A program made the translations under genes and the position numbers. The notes under the pieces were generated by a model. The model saw only the letters and a list, made by a program, of their open reading frames with translations. It had not been told where the DNA came from and made no database searches. Shown piece by piece: positions 25,433-38,706 of a DNA stretch of 64,000 bases; positions within the stretch are counted from its first letter, which is position 1; the number at the start of each line of letters is the position of its first letter. The stretch is from Octopus sinensis. Taxonomy: Eukaryota. The stretch covers positions 67,332,001-67,396,000 of the forward strand of contig NC_042997.1 of NCBI RefSeq assembly GCF_006345805.1. Reading direction: 5' to 3'.

Positions 25433-26672
25433 TGATTACAATATAAATATATTTAATGCTGCTAACATTATTGTGTAGTATATTTACTTTTGCATATTAA
25501 GGGTACATACACACATTAGACACCTGAGTTAGTGTTGTGTATTTTCTGAGTGTAAAGCATTTGGGTTTTACTGTGCTATGTATTAGCTTTTTTAGATGCT
25601 CTCTCTTAGCTCATAGTATGTTGGTTGTTTCTGCTCATGTATTTACGAAGCAAGATCACTGCTCGAGCAGAAAACTTTATTGTTGGAGGTTTTACATTGT
25701 ACGTGTTCTAGTATACTGAGAGGTTTCAACTTTATCACCGTTTCTAGTGTCTATATTGTTCAGATAAATTGCTTTACAAGTTTGGTTTCTTTTATTGTTC
25801 ATTATTTGTGTGTTATCATTAGTTAACTTCCATTTTCAGTGTTCAAGCCATGACCTTTCCGGAAAGTGGGGGGGGGGGCTACAGAGCATTCAGGAATGAA
25901 TATATTATGTCACAAGATGGTAGGAAATTGCATTCGAGGGAGATTTTGTTGTTAATGGAAACAGATCAAGTGAAAATGTGCATATCACTGCATTTGTGCA
26001 ATCTCAAAGAAAGAATAAGCAAAGTAAAAAAAAAAGTTTTTCATTTATGGTCAGCCTGATTGAAGGAATTCCAGCCATGACCATTCCATCTTTTTAGGGC
26101 TATCTACAACTACATTATCCAACATGCCCTATTTTTATTTAAGATGGGTGTAATTCAAAAGATTTAACAACTATTTTTAGCATATTAAGTAACCATTTAG
26201 AAGCTAGCTCATTGACTCAGGGAAACGAAACACAGAAAAAGAGAAATGGATTCCTACAAAAGTTTGTGATGGTTTTGGAAAAAATAAAAATGTACTAAAA
26301 AAAAAGTACAAAGTGAAGATTTATTAATGGCATAACCCGACGTGTAAAGATTGATTTGATATTTTGTAACGATAATGAATTAGTGAATAAAAACAAATAC
26401 AGAATAGAGCTCAATAAGTCATGCTACTTAAAGATGAAAAACAATTCATATCAATTGAAATAATAATCCTTTCTACTATAGGCACAAAAGGAAAAATCTC
26501 GAAAGAACAAAAGGCAAAGTTGTCTTTGGCAGGATCTAAACTCAGAACTTGAAGCAGCAAGAAATACAGCAAAGCATTTTTCCTGTGCTCTAATGATTCT
26601 ACCAGCTTGCATCTTCAATAACAACAAGAACAATTATATCTAACATTAATAATGATAAAATAACCAACTAAC

Positions 26673-26831
26673 TTTGGAAAGTTTCATGCATTCTGTCAAC
26701 CGATCATGTGCTGTTGAAAAATATGTAACTCTTTCTCCCCATTTCTGTTGGTCATCAGCTTGTTGGCCAAGATAAAAGTATTTAATACACTGATAAAACA
26801 GCATTTTGCATTCCATTCGTCTCTTCCAAGC
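26673..26831 (-). CDS. PTPN23: PTPN23 in-window exon 6 (BRO1)
   Basis: Pyrimidine tract then CTGAAG acceptor (AAG type), GTTAGT donor, 159 nt. AWKRRMECKMLFYQCIKYFYLGQQADDQQKWGERVTYFSTAHDRLTECMKLSK. Confidence 0.9.
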
Positions 26832-27648
26832 CTTCAGTTGAAAGAAGTAGAAAAAGAAAAGGTCAAATAGGAATTCATGTACATAAGATCAAAAAGAAGA
26901 CATCAATATATATTCTAACATGCATATCAAATGGAAATAGAGAAATACAATTTCTTCTAGATTTTCTTAAAAACAATGATATTTGCCAATTTAAGACTGA
27001 ATTATTATTTATGTCCACTTTTTCCATATTGGCATGGTCTGATGAGACTTCTGGCTAAGAGGTTTAACTGAGAAAATTGTTGTGACAAGAAACAGTCAGT
27101 CACTGAGAATAAAATGGTTTTATTTAGTTAAAATGTTCAGCTTTAATATTCAAAGTTTAAATACCTAAATTTATAGCAAAAAATTGCTGCCTGCTAGCCT
27201 TCAACTAAAGTACACTATAAAGCACCTGGCTCAGAAGTAGCAGTAATGATTTCATAGCATTTTATATTGCCTTGAATTTGCTGGGAATATTGTACTATGA
27301 TGCTCTCCATAACAGTTATCATAAGAACACAAACTTATAGGAAAAAAAGTATAGCAGATCGAAATTTATATTAGTTTGCTACTAGTACTTTATTGAATTT
27401 GGACATTAGAAATATAAAATCAACTCAGGCAGAATTTGAATACAAAAAAGGATGTAACTAAAAATCAAAACATCTTTCTCTCTCTCTCTCACACACACAC
27501 ACATTTGAGGCTTCATTCCATCAATAATGACAAAGATTTGATGATATTATTTTCTTTTTTTATAATAAAGAAGTCTAAAGTTAAAAAATACTGAGCTGTA
27601 AAAGAAGAAATAAAAGGTTTATTGGAGTTTGGAAATTTTTATACTGAC

Positions 27649-27810
27649 CTTGTACAAACTCGAACCCAAAATTCCCTGATCATAGACAATAGCTGCGTTC
27701 TTTAACGCCAATTTGTAATACTCAACAATCTCTGCTGCAACTTTGGCTGTAATTGTGCTCTTGCGACTATCACTCATTGACTTCTCAAGAATACATTCTT
27801 GAGCTTGGGC
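27649..27810 (-). CDS. PTPN23: PTPN23 in-window exon 5 (BRO1)
   Basis: TCTTAG/GTCAGT, 162 nt. AQAQECILEKSMSDSRKSTITAKVAAEIVEYYKLALKNAAIVYDQGILGSSLYK. Confidence 0.94.
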
Positions 27811-28047
27811 CTAAGAGATTAGCAGAGAAAAAATATAAGATGTTAATTTCTTCAAAGTTTTATGTACAAAAACATGTTAACATTACATACATGCAAAGAA
27901 GTGTGTAAAATGAAGTATAATGGCAACTTTAGTAAATATGCTATTAAATCTACACCAAGGTTTCATATCATTATATAGACATATTTATTTAAGTGGCTGT
28001 TGGCAATCCTTAATGGAAGTGAAGTAAAAAAAAATGATGTCCACCAA

Positions 28048-28049
<2 letters not shown>

Positions 28050-28085
<36 letters not shown>

Positions 28086-28140
28086 TGTGTGTGTGCGTGT
28101 GCGTGTGTGTGTGCGTGCGCGTGCATGCACGTGTATATGC
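28050..28140. repeat. (GA)n-(GT/GC)n microsatellite
   Basis: Directly visible. Confidence 0.95.
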
Positions 28141-28269
28141 GCACCCCAAAACTTTCAAGATAAAAGTTCGGCATATTTTAATTTCTGTTTGTGCATTAAT
28201 TTCTTCCTCAGCTGAGTGCCAGACTAACTATCATTGATGGGAATTTCAAAGTGATTCTAAGAACACTCC

Positions 28270-28680
28270 TTGGCTACTTAGCATTCAGATTATTCTGTCA
28301 AATGTAATATTTATTGTTTTGAATTAATCATGCATTATCTCGTAGCATCAAGATTACAATGGTGTGATAGTTTATTTTTAGAGTGACATTGTAGAGTAAG
28401 GGTAAGAGGCCAAATCTTGCCAGTTTTAACATAAAACAAGTATAATATTTGAACTGGATATGGCCAGTTTAACCCTTTAACATCCAGATTTGTCAAATCT
28501 ATTGCTTATTTATTCACATTGTTTTGAATTAATCACACATTTTGTAGCTTGAGATTTCGATGATATGGTTGTATATTTTTAGAATGACATTGTTGGATAA
28601 GTATGAGCGGTCAGATCTGGTTGGTTTGAACATAAAACAAGTAGAAGATTTAGGCTGAATATGGCCGAGTTAAATGTTAT
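28270..28680. mobile_element. Two head-to-tail copies of the ~200-bp TTAA MITE
   Basis: Each shows TTCTGTCAAATGTAAT or TTTGTCAAATCTATT, TTTTGAATTAATCA, AGAGTGACATTGT or AGAATGACATTGT, and GATATGGCCAG or AATATGGCCGAG. The second starts at TTAACCCTTTAACA (28469). Confidence 0.7.
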
Positions 28681-29076
28681 ATGCAATTATTGGAAACCAA
28701 GCCACCATCAGGGATTATCTGTCTTCATTGTTGAAATGAAATGGACCAAACTTTCATAACCTACATCTGACAACCTCCTCAACACTAAGGTAACCTCTTA
28801 TTTGATAAGTTTTTTCTCTTTCAACAAACACACAAATATATCTTTTTAAATGAGGGAAGAATTCAACTGATTTTCTTTCTCCATATACATCTCATATATA
28901 CATCTCCACGGCTCATCACTTCCCAATGCAAAAGAAAAACACTTCTCAGGATTAAATATTCAGATACGGCTTTCCCCACCAGAATGTGATTCTGGTATCC
29001 TCTTTTCAATGGCTTTAGGTTATAAGTTGTATGCTTGAAGTTGATTGCTGTTTTTAGAGTTCAACTTTGAATTTAC

Positions 29077-29434
29077 CTTTTACTTGTTTCAATCATTTGA
29101 CGGCAGCAATGCTGGAGCACTGCCTTCAAAAATATTTAGTCAAATGAATCAACCCCAGTGCCTATTTTTTAAAAAACCTGGTACTGATTCTATTGGTCTC
29201 TTTTGCTGAACCACTAAGCTACAGTGACATAAACACACCAACACCGATTGTCATGCAGCAGGGGAGGGGCAAACAGACACCATACACACACACTTTTAGC
29301 TTCCAGATTCACTCACAAGGCTTTGGTTAACCCAAGGCTGTAGTAGAATACACTTGCTCAAGGTGCCATGCAGTGGTACTGCACCTGGAACCATGTGGTT
29401 AGGAATCAAGCTCCTTACCACACAGCCATGCACT
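29077..29434 (-). mobile_element. SINE family A, full length
   Basis: The - strand reads GCATGGCTGTGTGGTAAGGAGCTTG...GGTTCCAGGTGCAGTACC...GGCACCTTGAGCAAGTG...GGCAGTGCTCCAGCAT...GATTGAAACAAGTAA. Confidence 0.9.
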
Positions 29435-29781
29435 GGTTTCTAATTTTATTTTCAATAATTGCTACTACAATAACAAAATCTTCAAAACTATTACATATTG
29501 CATTGAAAGAAAAGAGATATTAATAAAATATAGACCAATAAGGAATTGATTATAGAAATTATACTAAATGATTAACCCTCTAAACACTGGCCCCCTTTTG
29601 GGGGTTGGGGTGTGCATGTGTGTGTGTGTGCATGTAAATAATAGAAGTAAACAGAAGTAGATGACAGAATGGAATAATCAAAAATTGTTGGTACTGGAAT
29701 TCTAGACCATAAGGTTAAAGGAGGAAGCAAAAATCAGCAGTAAACCTTGAACAATTCTTAAATATATTGTTAGTTACTTAC

Positions 29782-29910
29782 AAGCATTAAATTTACATGG
29801 AAAGACATCATTTCTCTCGAGAGGTCTTGACTGTAGGCTGTGTAATAATCTCTTAGGTATTCAAATGCCCAAGCAGCACACTGAAAGTGGGTGCAGGATA
29901 CTTTCATACC
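29782..29910 (-). CDS. PTPN23: PTPN23 in-window exon 4 (BRO1)
   Basis: CTATAG/GTAAGT, 129 nt. GMKVSCTHFQCAAWAFEYLRDYYTAYSQDLSREMMSFHVNLML; GMKVSCTHFQCAA fits PTPN23 rather than ALIX. Confidence 0.95.
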
Positions 29911-30485
29911 CTATAGAGAGGGAAAAGAGAAAAATAGAATTTTGTTATCAAAATAGAAAAGAAAAAAAAGAGGCAAGAGAAAATAAAATGTATTTGTTTA
30001 CATTAACAATGTCAAATATTTTTAAAACTATGCATGCACGCGCACACACACTAAAAGTGTGAAAACAGGCTTGGCCATTTAGGACAAACTTATGAAAATG
30101 CTTTGGATAAGCAAAGGGTTAAAAAAGAAATGGGAAAAACTAATGAATGGGAGACTGAAAAATAAAACTAATTTTTGCACCAAGCAATTTATATGGAGTA
30201 ACTTTGCATGAAGGAGTGGAACATAGAAGTTCCTGTAATTCAAACCACCTTTTATATATTATATTAGATGGAAAAATAAAATATATCACTATTGCTGGAA
30301 ACTCTTTCACGTGAATTTCGAGTTTAAATTACAGCTGGGGGAGGGGTGATATTTTGACAAAATTTGAGAAATGTACAGTCTTCAAGAACTAGAAGTTTAT
30401 ATAGCTGTAAGACCATATCAATAGCAGCTGCAAAGAAAAACATTAAAATAATACTGAGAGTATACAGCACTAATGCATTACTTAC

Positions 30486-30612
30486 TTCTGCAGTTGTTCG
30501 TGTGTCAGCAGCTCCGAGGATGGAATGCAAGGCGCCAATGTTATATAATATGCATGCCTGTTCAAATTTAATGTCCTGGTATACATATTCTCTTCCCGTA
30601 TGTACATCTTCC
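30486..30612 (-). CDS. PTPN23: PTPN23 in-window exon 3 (BRO1)
   Basis: ATCAG/GTAAGT, 127 nt. (W)EDVHTGREYVYQDIKFEQACILYNIGALHSILGAADTRTTAE carries the BRO1 signature ExACILYNxGAL. Confidence 0.95.
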
Positions 30613-32135
30613 CTGATATAAAATGGAAAGAAAATATCAAAATATCTCATTATTTCTCTAATACTTGATAGGCCATTTAAATATACTAGCAGGACCTATG
30701 ACTATTTCACAGAATTGATGATAGGCTTATTGGATTATTTCTGAAAATTCTATCCAAAAAACCTGAAAGCATAACATGCGTTGTGTCTCTAATCAAAAAA
30801 ATAGTCACTCATTTGCAAATCATTCAAAAGTGAAGGAAATTGGAATATAATGATTACATAAGGCACTTTATATACTTTATGCACAATCTTATAGACTTAA
30901 TACACAGCACTTCCCCTCTTTCTCTCTCACTCTTCACCTTACCCTCTTTCTCTTTTTTTCTTTCACTTTCCATCTGTCTCTTCAAGCATTACAGACAGGG
31001 TAAGTAACAAGAAAAAGACTCAGTTAAAAAAAAATTACACATTTCACTCACCACCACCTCTCCCTTCCCCTCCCTCACCTCATCAACTAATCATGTGGAA
31101 ACATTAGAGACTAAATAATGGAGGAACAAGCAGAATTATTACAAGTCTTGCAAAAATAAATAAAATAAATAACAATAAGGCAAATTATAAACTTAAACAT
31201 TTCATGATTGAAATTAAGATTAGAGCAGCAATACCATTTTACCACTCACAACTTCTAGCAATTGGATCTCTTCTAACAAGAACTCAGATTTTCAAATATT
31301 CCTTATTTTCTTTCTATTTAATAAATCTAAATGCCATTAAAACCCATTCAGATAAAATGTACCTTATACTCTACTGATGAAGCTACATACTACCATCACT
31401 TTTTTCTCACATCTTTTATCAAGAATTGTTTATATTATATAACAGAGAGAAACTCAATGTAATTAACATTGATGGACAAACATTAACAAGCCTTCATAAA
31501 CAGAACCAAACTGAACCTCAAGACCTGATTAACCTTATAAGGATAAAGAAGTCTTTAATAGGAACCCCTCTATTATGATTAACCCCACCAAAACAATTAT
31601 GGAGTGAATCAGTAAATCATTCTTAGATAGGATTTTACCTAAAGAGCCCAATTAGATCTTTGGGAAAATATACAGGCATTGATTGACTTGTTTAACAGCA
31701 TTCCTAATAAACTAAATACAAGGTTTATGAAATGTAATGTTAAAGATTATAAAGCATTGTGAATCTAACAAAAATCACTAAATTCAAACTCATTACTAGC
31801 ATTGAGAAGTACAGGATTAATATCTTACAGTAAAGATAATCATTTTCTAATTTGGTAAATAACTTTGGATCAAGAAAGTATCAAAGACACTTCTTGATCT
31901 GGGTATGGATACAAGTGACTTGGCCAAAGTTACAGACCTAATCAGGCTATAATTGCTATTCCAACTCAGAAATTTTCATACAGCTATGATTGATTATAAA
32001 TCTTTTCAAACTAATTCACAATTGAATTTGGTAAACATCACTTAAGATACTAAGGCTACAATAGTTAAGTTTTTAAATATAACCCTTAACCTCTAAAATG
32101 GTTTAGTCATATTATCCCCCAAAACAAATATGACA

Positions 32136-34291
32136 GGGGTTTTAGAGAGTAGTGTCCCTGCCTTCCTGAGCTAGTTTTCCACCAAATTTCTTTAAATTCG
32201 TGGTAGAGGCCTTGGTCTTGGGACCACTCATGTCTAGAAACTGAGGCTGGGGTAAGCAAGGGCATGCTTCCCATAGAAAATCCAGCTAAAAAAAACACAA
32301 AAAACTCATAATAGCAAAGAAGGATGGGCTCCAGCCAGGACTGAGTAAATGAAAGCCAGGTATAATAACATGAAGAATCATGCAAAGAAGGTGGTTGCAA
32401 GATCTATGAGGAAGGAGGCTGAGGAGAGGTTGAGCAGGCTAGATGAGAACCCAGATAAAAGAGAAATTGAGGGAGGAAGATGCATGAGGGGGAGTGATGG
32501 AAGGTTGAATTTTAGTGAGAAGGACAAGGAAAGAGATTGGAAGGAGCATATGGAGGGAATTATGAACAAGGAGAATGAAGGAGATCAGAGAGTGGAAGTT
32601 GCTGTGGTAAAAGGGCCAATGGAGAGGGTTAGTCAGGAAGAAATAGTGGAGGCAATGAAAGAAATGAAAACAGGAAAGGCAGCTGGTCCATCAGAAGTAA
32701 GTGTGGAAATGATAACTGCAAGTGGAAAGATAGAGATTGCTGTGTTGATGGAGCTCCACCAGGACATGCTGGATGGAAGAGGAATGCCAGATGATTGGGC
32801 ACTAAGTGTGGTGGTACCGATCTTCAAGAGGAAGGGGGATGCAATGAGTTGTGGTACATATAGAGGAGTGAAGTTATTAGTGCATACAATGAAGATAGTA
32901 GAAAGGGTGTTGGAGAGGAGAATTCGGAAAATGGTGGATGTTGATGAGATGCAATTTGGTTTTATGCCAGGAAGGAGGACAATAGATGTAGTGTTCATTG
33001 TAAAGAGATTGCAGGGGGATACCGAGATAAGAGGAAGGAGGTGTACATGTGATTCGTTGATCTGGAGAAGGCATTTGATATGGTACCAAGGAAGGTGATT
33101 GGGGTGGGGCATTGAGGAAGATAGGTGTACTAGAGATAATAGTGAGGCAGTGATGAGTTTGTATGAGGAGGTCAAGACAAGAGTGAGAATTGGATCAGAG
33201 CTGTTGGAGGAGTTTGCAGTGAAAGTTGGAGTGCATCAGGGATCTGTGCTGTCACCATTGTTGTTTGCAATAGTGGTTGATGTGGTGATAGAGAGCGGAC
33301 TTCTAATGGAGATACTGTATGCTGATGACCTTGTTCTGATGAGTGAGACTATGGAGGGATTGAAGGAGAAATTTTGGAAATGGAAAGAGGCGTTTGAAAG
33401 CAAAGGTTTGAAGGTAAACCTCAGGAAGACAAAGGTGATGGTGAGTGGGATGGAAGGAGAAGTGTTATTGAGTATGGTGGATCAATGTGGTGTATGTGGG
33501 AGGAGGGTAATGGCAAATGTGGTGTTGTGTACGAGATGTGAGAAATGGATTCATGATAGATGTACGAAAATGAAAATGGTGACAAGAGAGTTTGTGGAAG
33601 ATGTGAGAAAGGAACTGGAGGGCTAGCAAAATCAGTGGAAACACTATGTAACGAAGTGGAGACAGTGAGAGGGTTTTGTTATTTGGGAGATGTGGTGGAC
33701 GTGAAGTAACTGTGATAGCAAGAGCGAGACTTGGCTGGGTGAAATTCAGGGAATGTGGAGCAATATTATATGGGAAAAGGTTCTCATTGAAGACGAAAGG
33801 AAGGGTCTATAAGAGTTGTGTGAGAGCTGCAATGCTGTATGGGAGTGAGACACGGTGTTTGAGTGAGAGAGAGAGAGAGATGGCAATTTTGGGAATGACA
33901 GAGAGTAACAGTGAGAGAAATGTGTAGTGGGAGGCTGTTTGATAAGAGGAGGACTGAAGACTTGATGGGGACGCTGGAGTTGGAGGAATCAGTGGAATGG
34001 CTGGCAAGGGTGAATGGAGTGTGGTGGTATGGGCAAGTGTTGAGGAGAGATGGGGAGCATATTCTGAAGATGGTGCTAGAGTTTGAGATGAATGGATTGT
34101 GAAAGCAAGGTAGACCAAGGAAAATGTGGAAGGGGCAGGTGACGGAGGTGATTGGGAGGGTTGGCTTGAGAAGGGAGGACACCCAAAACCGAGCAAGATG
34201 GCAAGATGATGTGAGGACAGTTGCTATGGCACTGAGGTAAATCCGGCCACTCCTGTTAATGGGGACAAAACCCAGATTCAGATGGATGGAT
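32136..34291 (+). mobile_element. Degraded RTE-clade LINE lacking the endonuclease domain
   Basis: KAAGPSEV, YRGVKLL, QFGFMPG, GVHQGSVLSPLLF, LYADD, KTKV-Cys finger-CYLGD, WYGQVLRR, and a (GGAT)n tail. Candidate TSD AAATATGACA (32126-32135) / AAATAGACA (34292-34300). Confidence 0.88.
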
Positions 34292-34397
34292 AAATAGACA
34301 ACCTAACTACCCAAAATATATAACTAGGGATATAGTTTGAAATACCATTTAAACTGTCCAATACTTCAACATAAAATGATATTTTAAAAGATCATTA

Positions 34398-34578
34398 ATT
34401 ATTGTCAGTTTTCCATGCTGGCATGGATTAGACAGTGTAACTGGAACTGCTAAGCCATAGAAATGAACCAAGCTCCAGTCTGTTTTGGCATGGCTTTTAT
34501 AGTTGAATACCCTTCCTAACACCAACCACTTTACAGAGTATACCGGGAGTTTTTTCATGTCACCAGCACAAGTGATCA
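34398..34578 (-). mobile_element. Short RTE 3'-end copy
   Basis: TTTTCCATGCTGGCATGGATTAGACAG...CCCTTCCTAACACCAACCAC is homologous to 7110-7270. Confidence 0.7.
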
Positions 34579-35485
34579 TCTTTCGTATTACAATAAGATC
34601 TAAGCAAGAACAGATTACACTGCTAAGATTCAATACATCTCTACTCCTGAGAGAAATAGACAAACATATCTGCTACTATAATCCATATAATTTGGAAGTC
34701 ACTAATCTTTTTGCAAAACTATTTGCTACTCTCAGGAAAAATTTCCCCATACAACATAAGATACTATCAAATCTTTACTAACAATACCATTTCATTATCC
34801 AATTCAATTATATTCAATTTAGCTTCTAACTTGGCTAAAATAAATTCTAGTATGAATATTACGTTTAATTGTAATTTCACTAATCCCAGCAAGTGTCCCT
34901 TAGATAATAATTGTTTAGCTAAGATAAGTATATAAATGCACTGTAAAAAAAAAAAAAAATTAAAGAAAATTAATTATCATATAGCAAAGTTTATATTAGA
35001 TTTACTGCTAACAATTGTAAAATTAAAGTACTCTACCTACTCTTTCAGGAACCCAGACATGTCTTTATCATTGGGGTATATGGAAATTGGAGAATAATAA
35101 TATGCTTTTCCAAATTAAATGAAACTTTAAAAGGAAATTTAAAACATTGTGTTACTTGTGCGCAACTGGGATATTTGAGATACTCTTTGCTAAGGAATAT
35201 TTACCAATAAACTTAATATCCTTGCATAATCAAGACTTGAAAACATTACCAACTTCATTATCAAGATTGATAAATTAACCTTAATCTGGAAATGAATTCG
35301 ATTCTTCTATATGTAATATTTTCTCTTGTCTACATAATTAATCCTCTGGTTAGTATAACCCTATTCTAACCATTAAGAACTAAAGATATGAACTCACAAA
35401 CAAGGACTTTTTTTCCATACCTAAATGAAAATGCCTAAATTCAACTTTAAAAAAAAAAAAAAAAAAGAACTCATCTTCGTTTATG

Positions 35486-36002
35486 CAGTAATACCTCACT
35501 TTACGAGTTTTAGTTTGCAGCTCACTTTTGTATGGTAAGCTGAAATTTTTCAAGCACAAGATCCAAATTTTGAATGAAGTGCTACCATAAATGCTTCTGC
35601 GGGTTACCAAGAAATTTATAGAGTGATAAAAAGCTTCTTCTAGGCAAACAACTCTAGCCTTGTTTTTTAAAAAGAAATCTACAAGTCCATCTACACGAGC
35701 TTGTGAATCAGTGATCATGTCTACAAGTGATGGTGTGAGCATGTCTAATGAAAGTGATTCAGAAAACTATTATAACAACATTTATTATAAATGATCTTGA
35801 CATTCATTTTACTTACATAAAATATATTCTTTACATTCTACTGTTTTATTGCCATTTATTTTACAAGTATTATAAATTTTATAGATAAAATATTTTGGGG
35901 GGAACGAATTACGACTCATAACATTGCTACTATGGGAAATTATTACTCTGCTTTACAAGTGGCCTCCAGGAATAAATTAACTTGTATATCAAGGCATTAC
36001 TG
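35486..36002 (+). mobile_element. Tigger/pogo-type internally deleted DNA transposon
   Basis: TIRs CAGTAATACCTCACTTTACGAG / CTTGTATATCAAGGCATTACTG, right TA flank (left TG). The interior reads AQDPNFE*SA...YQEIY...SSRQTTLALFFKKK, like a TIGD/Tigger transposase C-terminus. Confidence 0.7.
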
Positions 36003-37784
36003 TATTTCAAAAATTAAAAACTGCATCAATGACTCATTGTCATAACATAAATGAATTTCTTTGCACTTATGTGACTTAGAGGTAGAAACTACACTAAAAT
36101 CTCTTTAAAAAGAAGCTAAAAAAAAAACCAAAAAAACACACGCACACACGGAAAAAGGTGATAGCGATGAAAGGTTAACATAATTCACAATTAATTTTAA
36201 GCTTGCGATACAAATTGATATTTTTCCTCAATGGGATATGTAATATGGGATATGTAATAAAAATTGCAATACACAAAATAGAAAAATATAGTTTTATTGA
36301 CTCATATTTCTGCTATTTGTAAACATAGTGAAGAACTTAATGACATGTAGGTTAAATGATTTCATAATGATAATATCCAATAATCAATTTGGTTTCTAAA
36401 CTAGACTATCACCAGAATATACAGTAAATAAGCTAGAGAATAAACTGTCCACACAATTATATAAGAAAAAATTATCAGCACCAGAGTATTTGCTGATTTG
36501 ACCAAGGAGTTTATCTTAATTACTTTAAAAAAAAAAAAATCTAATCTATAAAATGAAGAAGGCAAACATTGATACAAATTGGATTTTTATGTAAAAAGGG
36601 GTCTAAATGGGGCTGGAAGGGGATCAAAATTTACAGGAGGGGGTAACTTGAGGTGAGAAATTGATTGGGAGATGTTTTGGGGCACTGCAGTAGTTCCTTA
36701 GGTGTGAAAACAGGGATTTTATTGATTTTGGGGGACACTTGAGGGGGTAGATTGGACACCTTTTACCTGATTTCAATCAAATTTTCAAATGGTAAAGTGG
36801 AAGCGGATTTGTAATTTAAGCGTGGAAAATGGGTCCAAAATTTTGAAAATTAAGGCAAGATTTTTGAAGTTGAAAAAATCTCATTTTTACATATTTTTGC
36901 TTTTTATTTTTTTATTGTTTACAGTTTTCATTTTTTCTGAAAGAAATTTGCAGCTACATGTAGCCCGTGTTTAGAGCTTTCATTTGCATGATTAATTGTC
37001 GAAAAATTCCCAAAATAAGTACTAAATTTAACAAAGAAATCCTTTTTTTCCTTATTTTTAATCACTCAAATAGTGGCACGTACAAAAAGTAAATGTGCTT
37101 TCCGTTGTCACTGCCTGATATTTATGATTGATCTTTCAAAATATTTTTCTTTCTCAACTTACTCAAGATCTTTTGTCTTTTATATGGGAGAGAGAGATAG
37201 AGAATAAGAGAAAGTGAGGGAGAGTCTGAGAGAAAGGAAGAGTAAGAGAGTGGGAAAGGAGAGAGAAACAAAGAGGGAGAATGTGGTGATAAGAAACAGA
37301 AGGAAGTAACAGAAAGTAACAACCACACCCTCACCAGCGCATAGAGTGGGTCACCTTAAGCTAGTATTCATATAAAGTAGGAAAGTGCAACACGCCTAAA
37401 TTTTTATACAAGTTCTCTCCTTGATAGGTTTATGATAAAATGCACTGACATTTTCTTATAATAAAAAAAAATAAAAACCTAAGAATCCTCCAGAGATAAA
37501 TACTAGTACTATTACAACTTTTTTTATATACACTAATGACTGAATTGAATCCCAAATATCCCTTACTAGTTTTGCAGACATTAACTTATATATTGATAGG
37601 TAAACTAGCATAAATGGAACAAGGGGAATGAGAGGGACAGTTGGACAATGTGAGGAGGTTGCAACACGTAAACAAAAATTCAAAAGGTGGTGGACAAAAT
37701 ATAAACAGACACACACACAAAATGTTGTACACAGTAAGTTGTAGTCAAGAAAAAGGAAAAAAATTAAATTCAAACAACTCTTAA

Positions 37785-37990
37785 CCTTCTAGCATTCAGT
37801 TAATTCTGACAAATGTAATGCTTTTACATTCACATTGCTTTTAATTAATCATATATTACACCACACCTTTGAAATTTTGATGATGTGATTGTGTATTTTT
37901 AGAATGGAACTGAAGGGTAGATCCAACTGGTTAAGAAAGAAAACAGGTAGCATATTTGGGTTGGATATGGCCAGTTTAAATGCTAAAGGA
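37785..37990. mobile_element. ~206-bp TTAA MITE
   Basis: TTAA|CCTTCTAGCA ... TGCTAAAGGA|TTAA; inverted relative to 12183-12380. Confidence 0.8.
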
Positions 37991-38706
37991 TTAATGAAGC
38001 TGACTCAAAAATATTTGCTGAATTACCTAATTTAGATAGCTGTTCAAATCAAGACTTTCCCCAAATCATAAAACTAAATTTATTATTTTTTTTAAATCTA
38101 GAATAATGATCAAAATCTAGGTTCCTTATTTTACTAAGATGGAATTGGACGAGTTGATCATGTAAAAATTTTCAATGCTTAAGTGGAAACATAAACATAG
38201 TACCTAAAATATCAAAAACTGGTATATTTAAGGTCTTTTTATGCTTGATGAAAATATATATTCTTTGGGGATAAATTCATGTATTCTATATGAAAACAAA
38301 ATGGCCAAGTAAAAATAAGATCAACAATATTAAAAATCATCCACAAGAATCCAGATAAAAACAGACCTAGTAATTCATCCAATTTTATCCAGCTTAATAT
38401 AATATCTATTTACTATGTAAGTTTTATATACAAGTATATTTATGCTAAAACAATAAAAGAAATTTGTTACCAAATGTCATCACTTTACCAAGTGACATGC
38501 AAGCATAAACAGCTAATAGGTTAAAGAGTGAATAAAATAGTTATCCTGAAAGTGAAAATTAAGTAAACCATTAACATAAGTGGCCCAGTGGTGTAGAATC
38601 AACTACTCCAAAGTATAACTAGCTTCAAATTTTTAAAAGTATCTTAACACAAACAATGCTAACAATGTTGGTTAATACTCTCAGCCAATCCCTATTCTTA
38701 AGTACT

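Noticed and set aside
36590-37365. Possible Helitron-like non-autonomous element ending ...CACCTTAAGCTAG|T
   Set aside because: Only the CTAG end is suggestive; no clear subterminal hairpin or 5' TC end was established.
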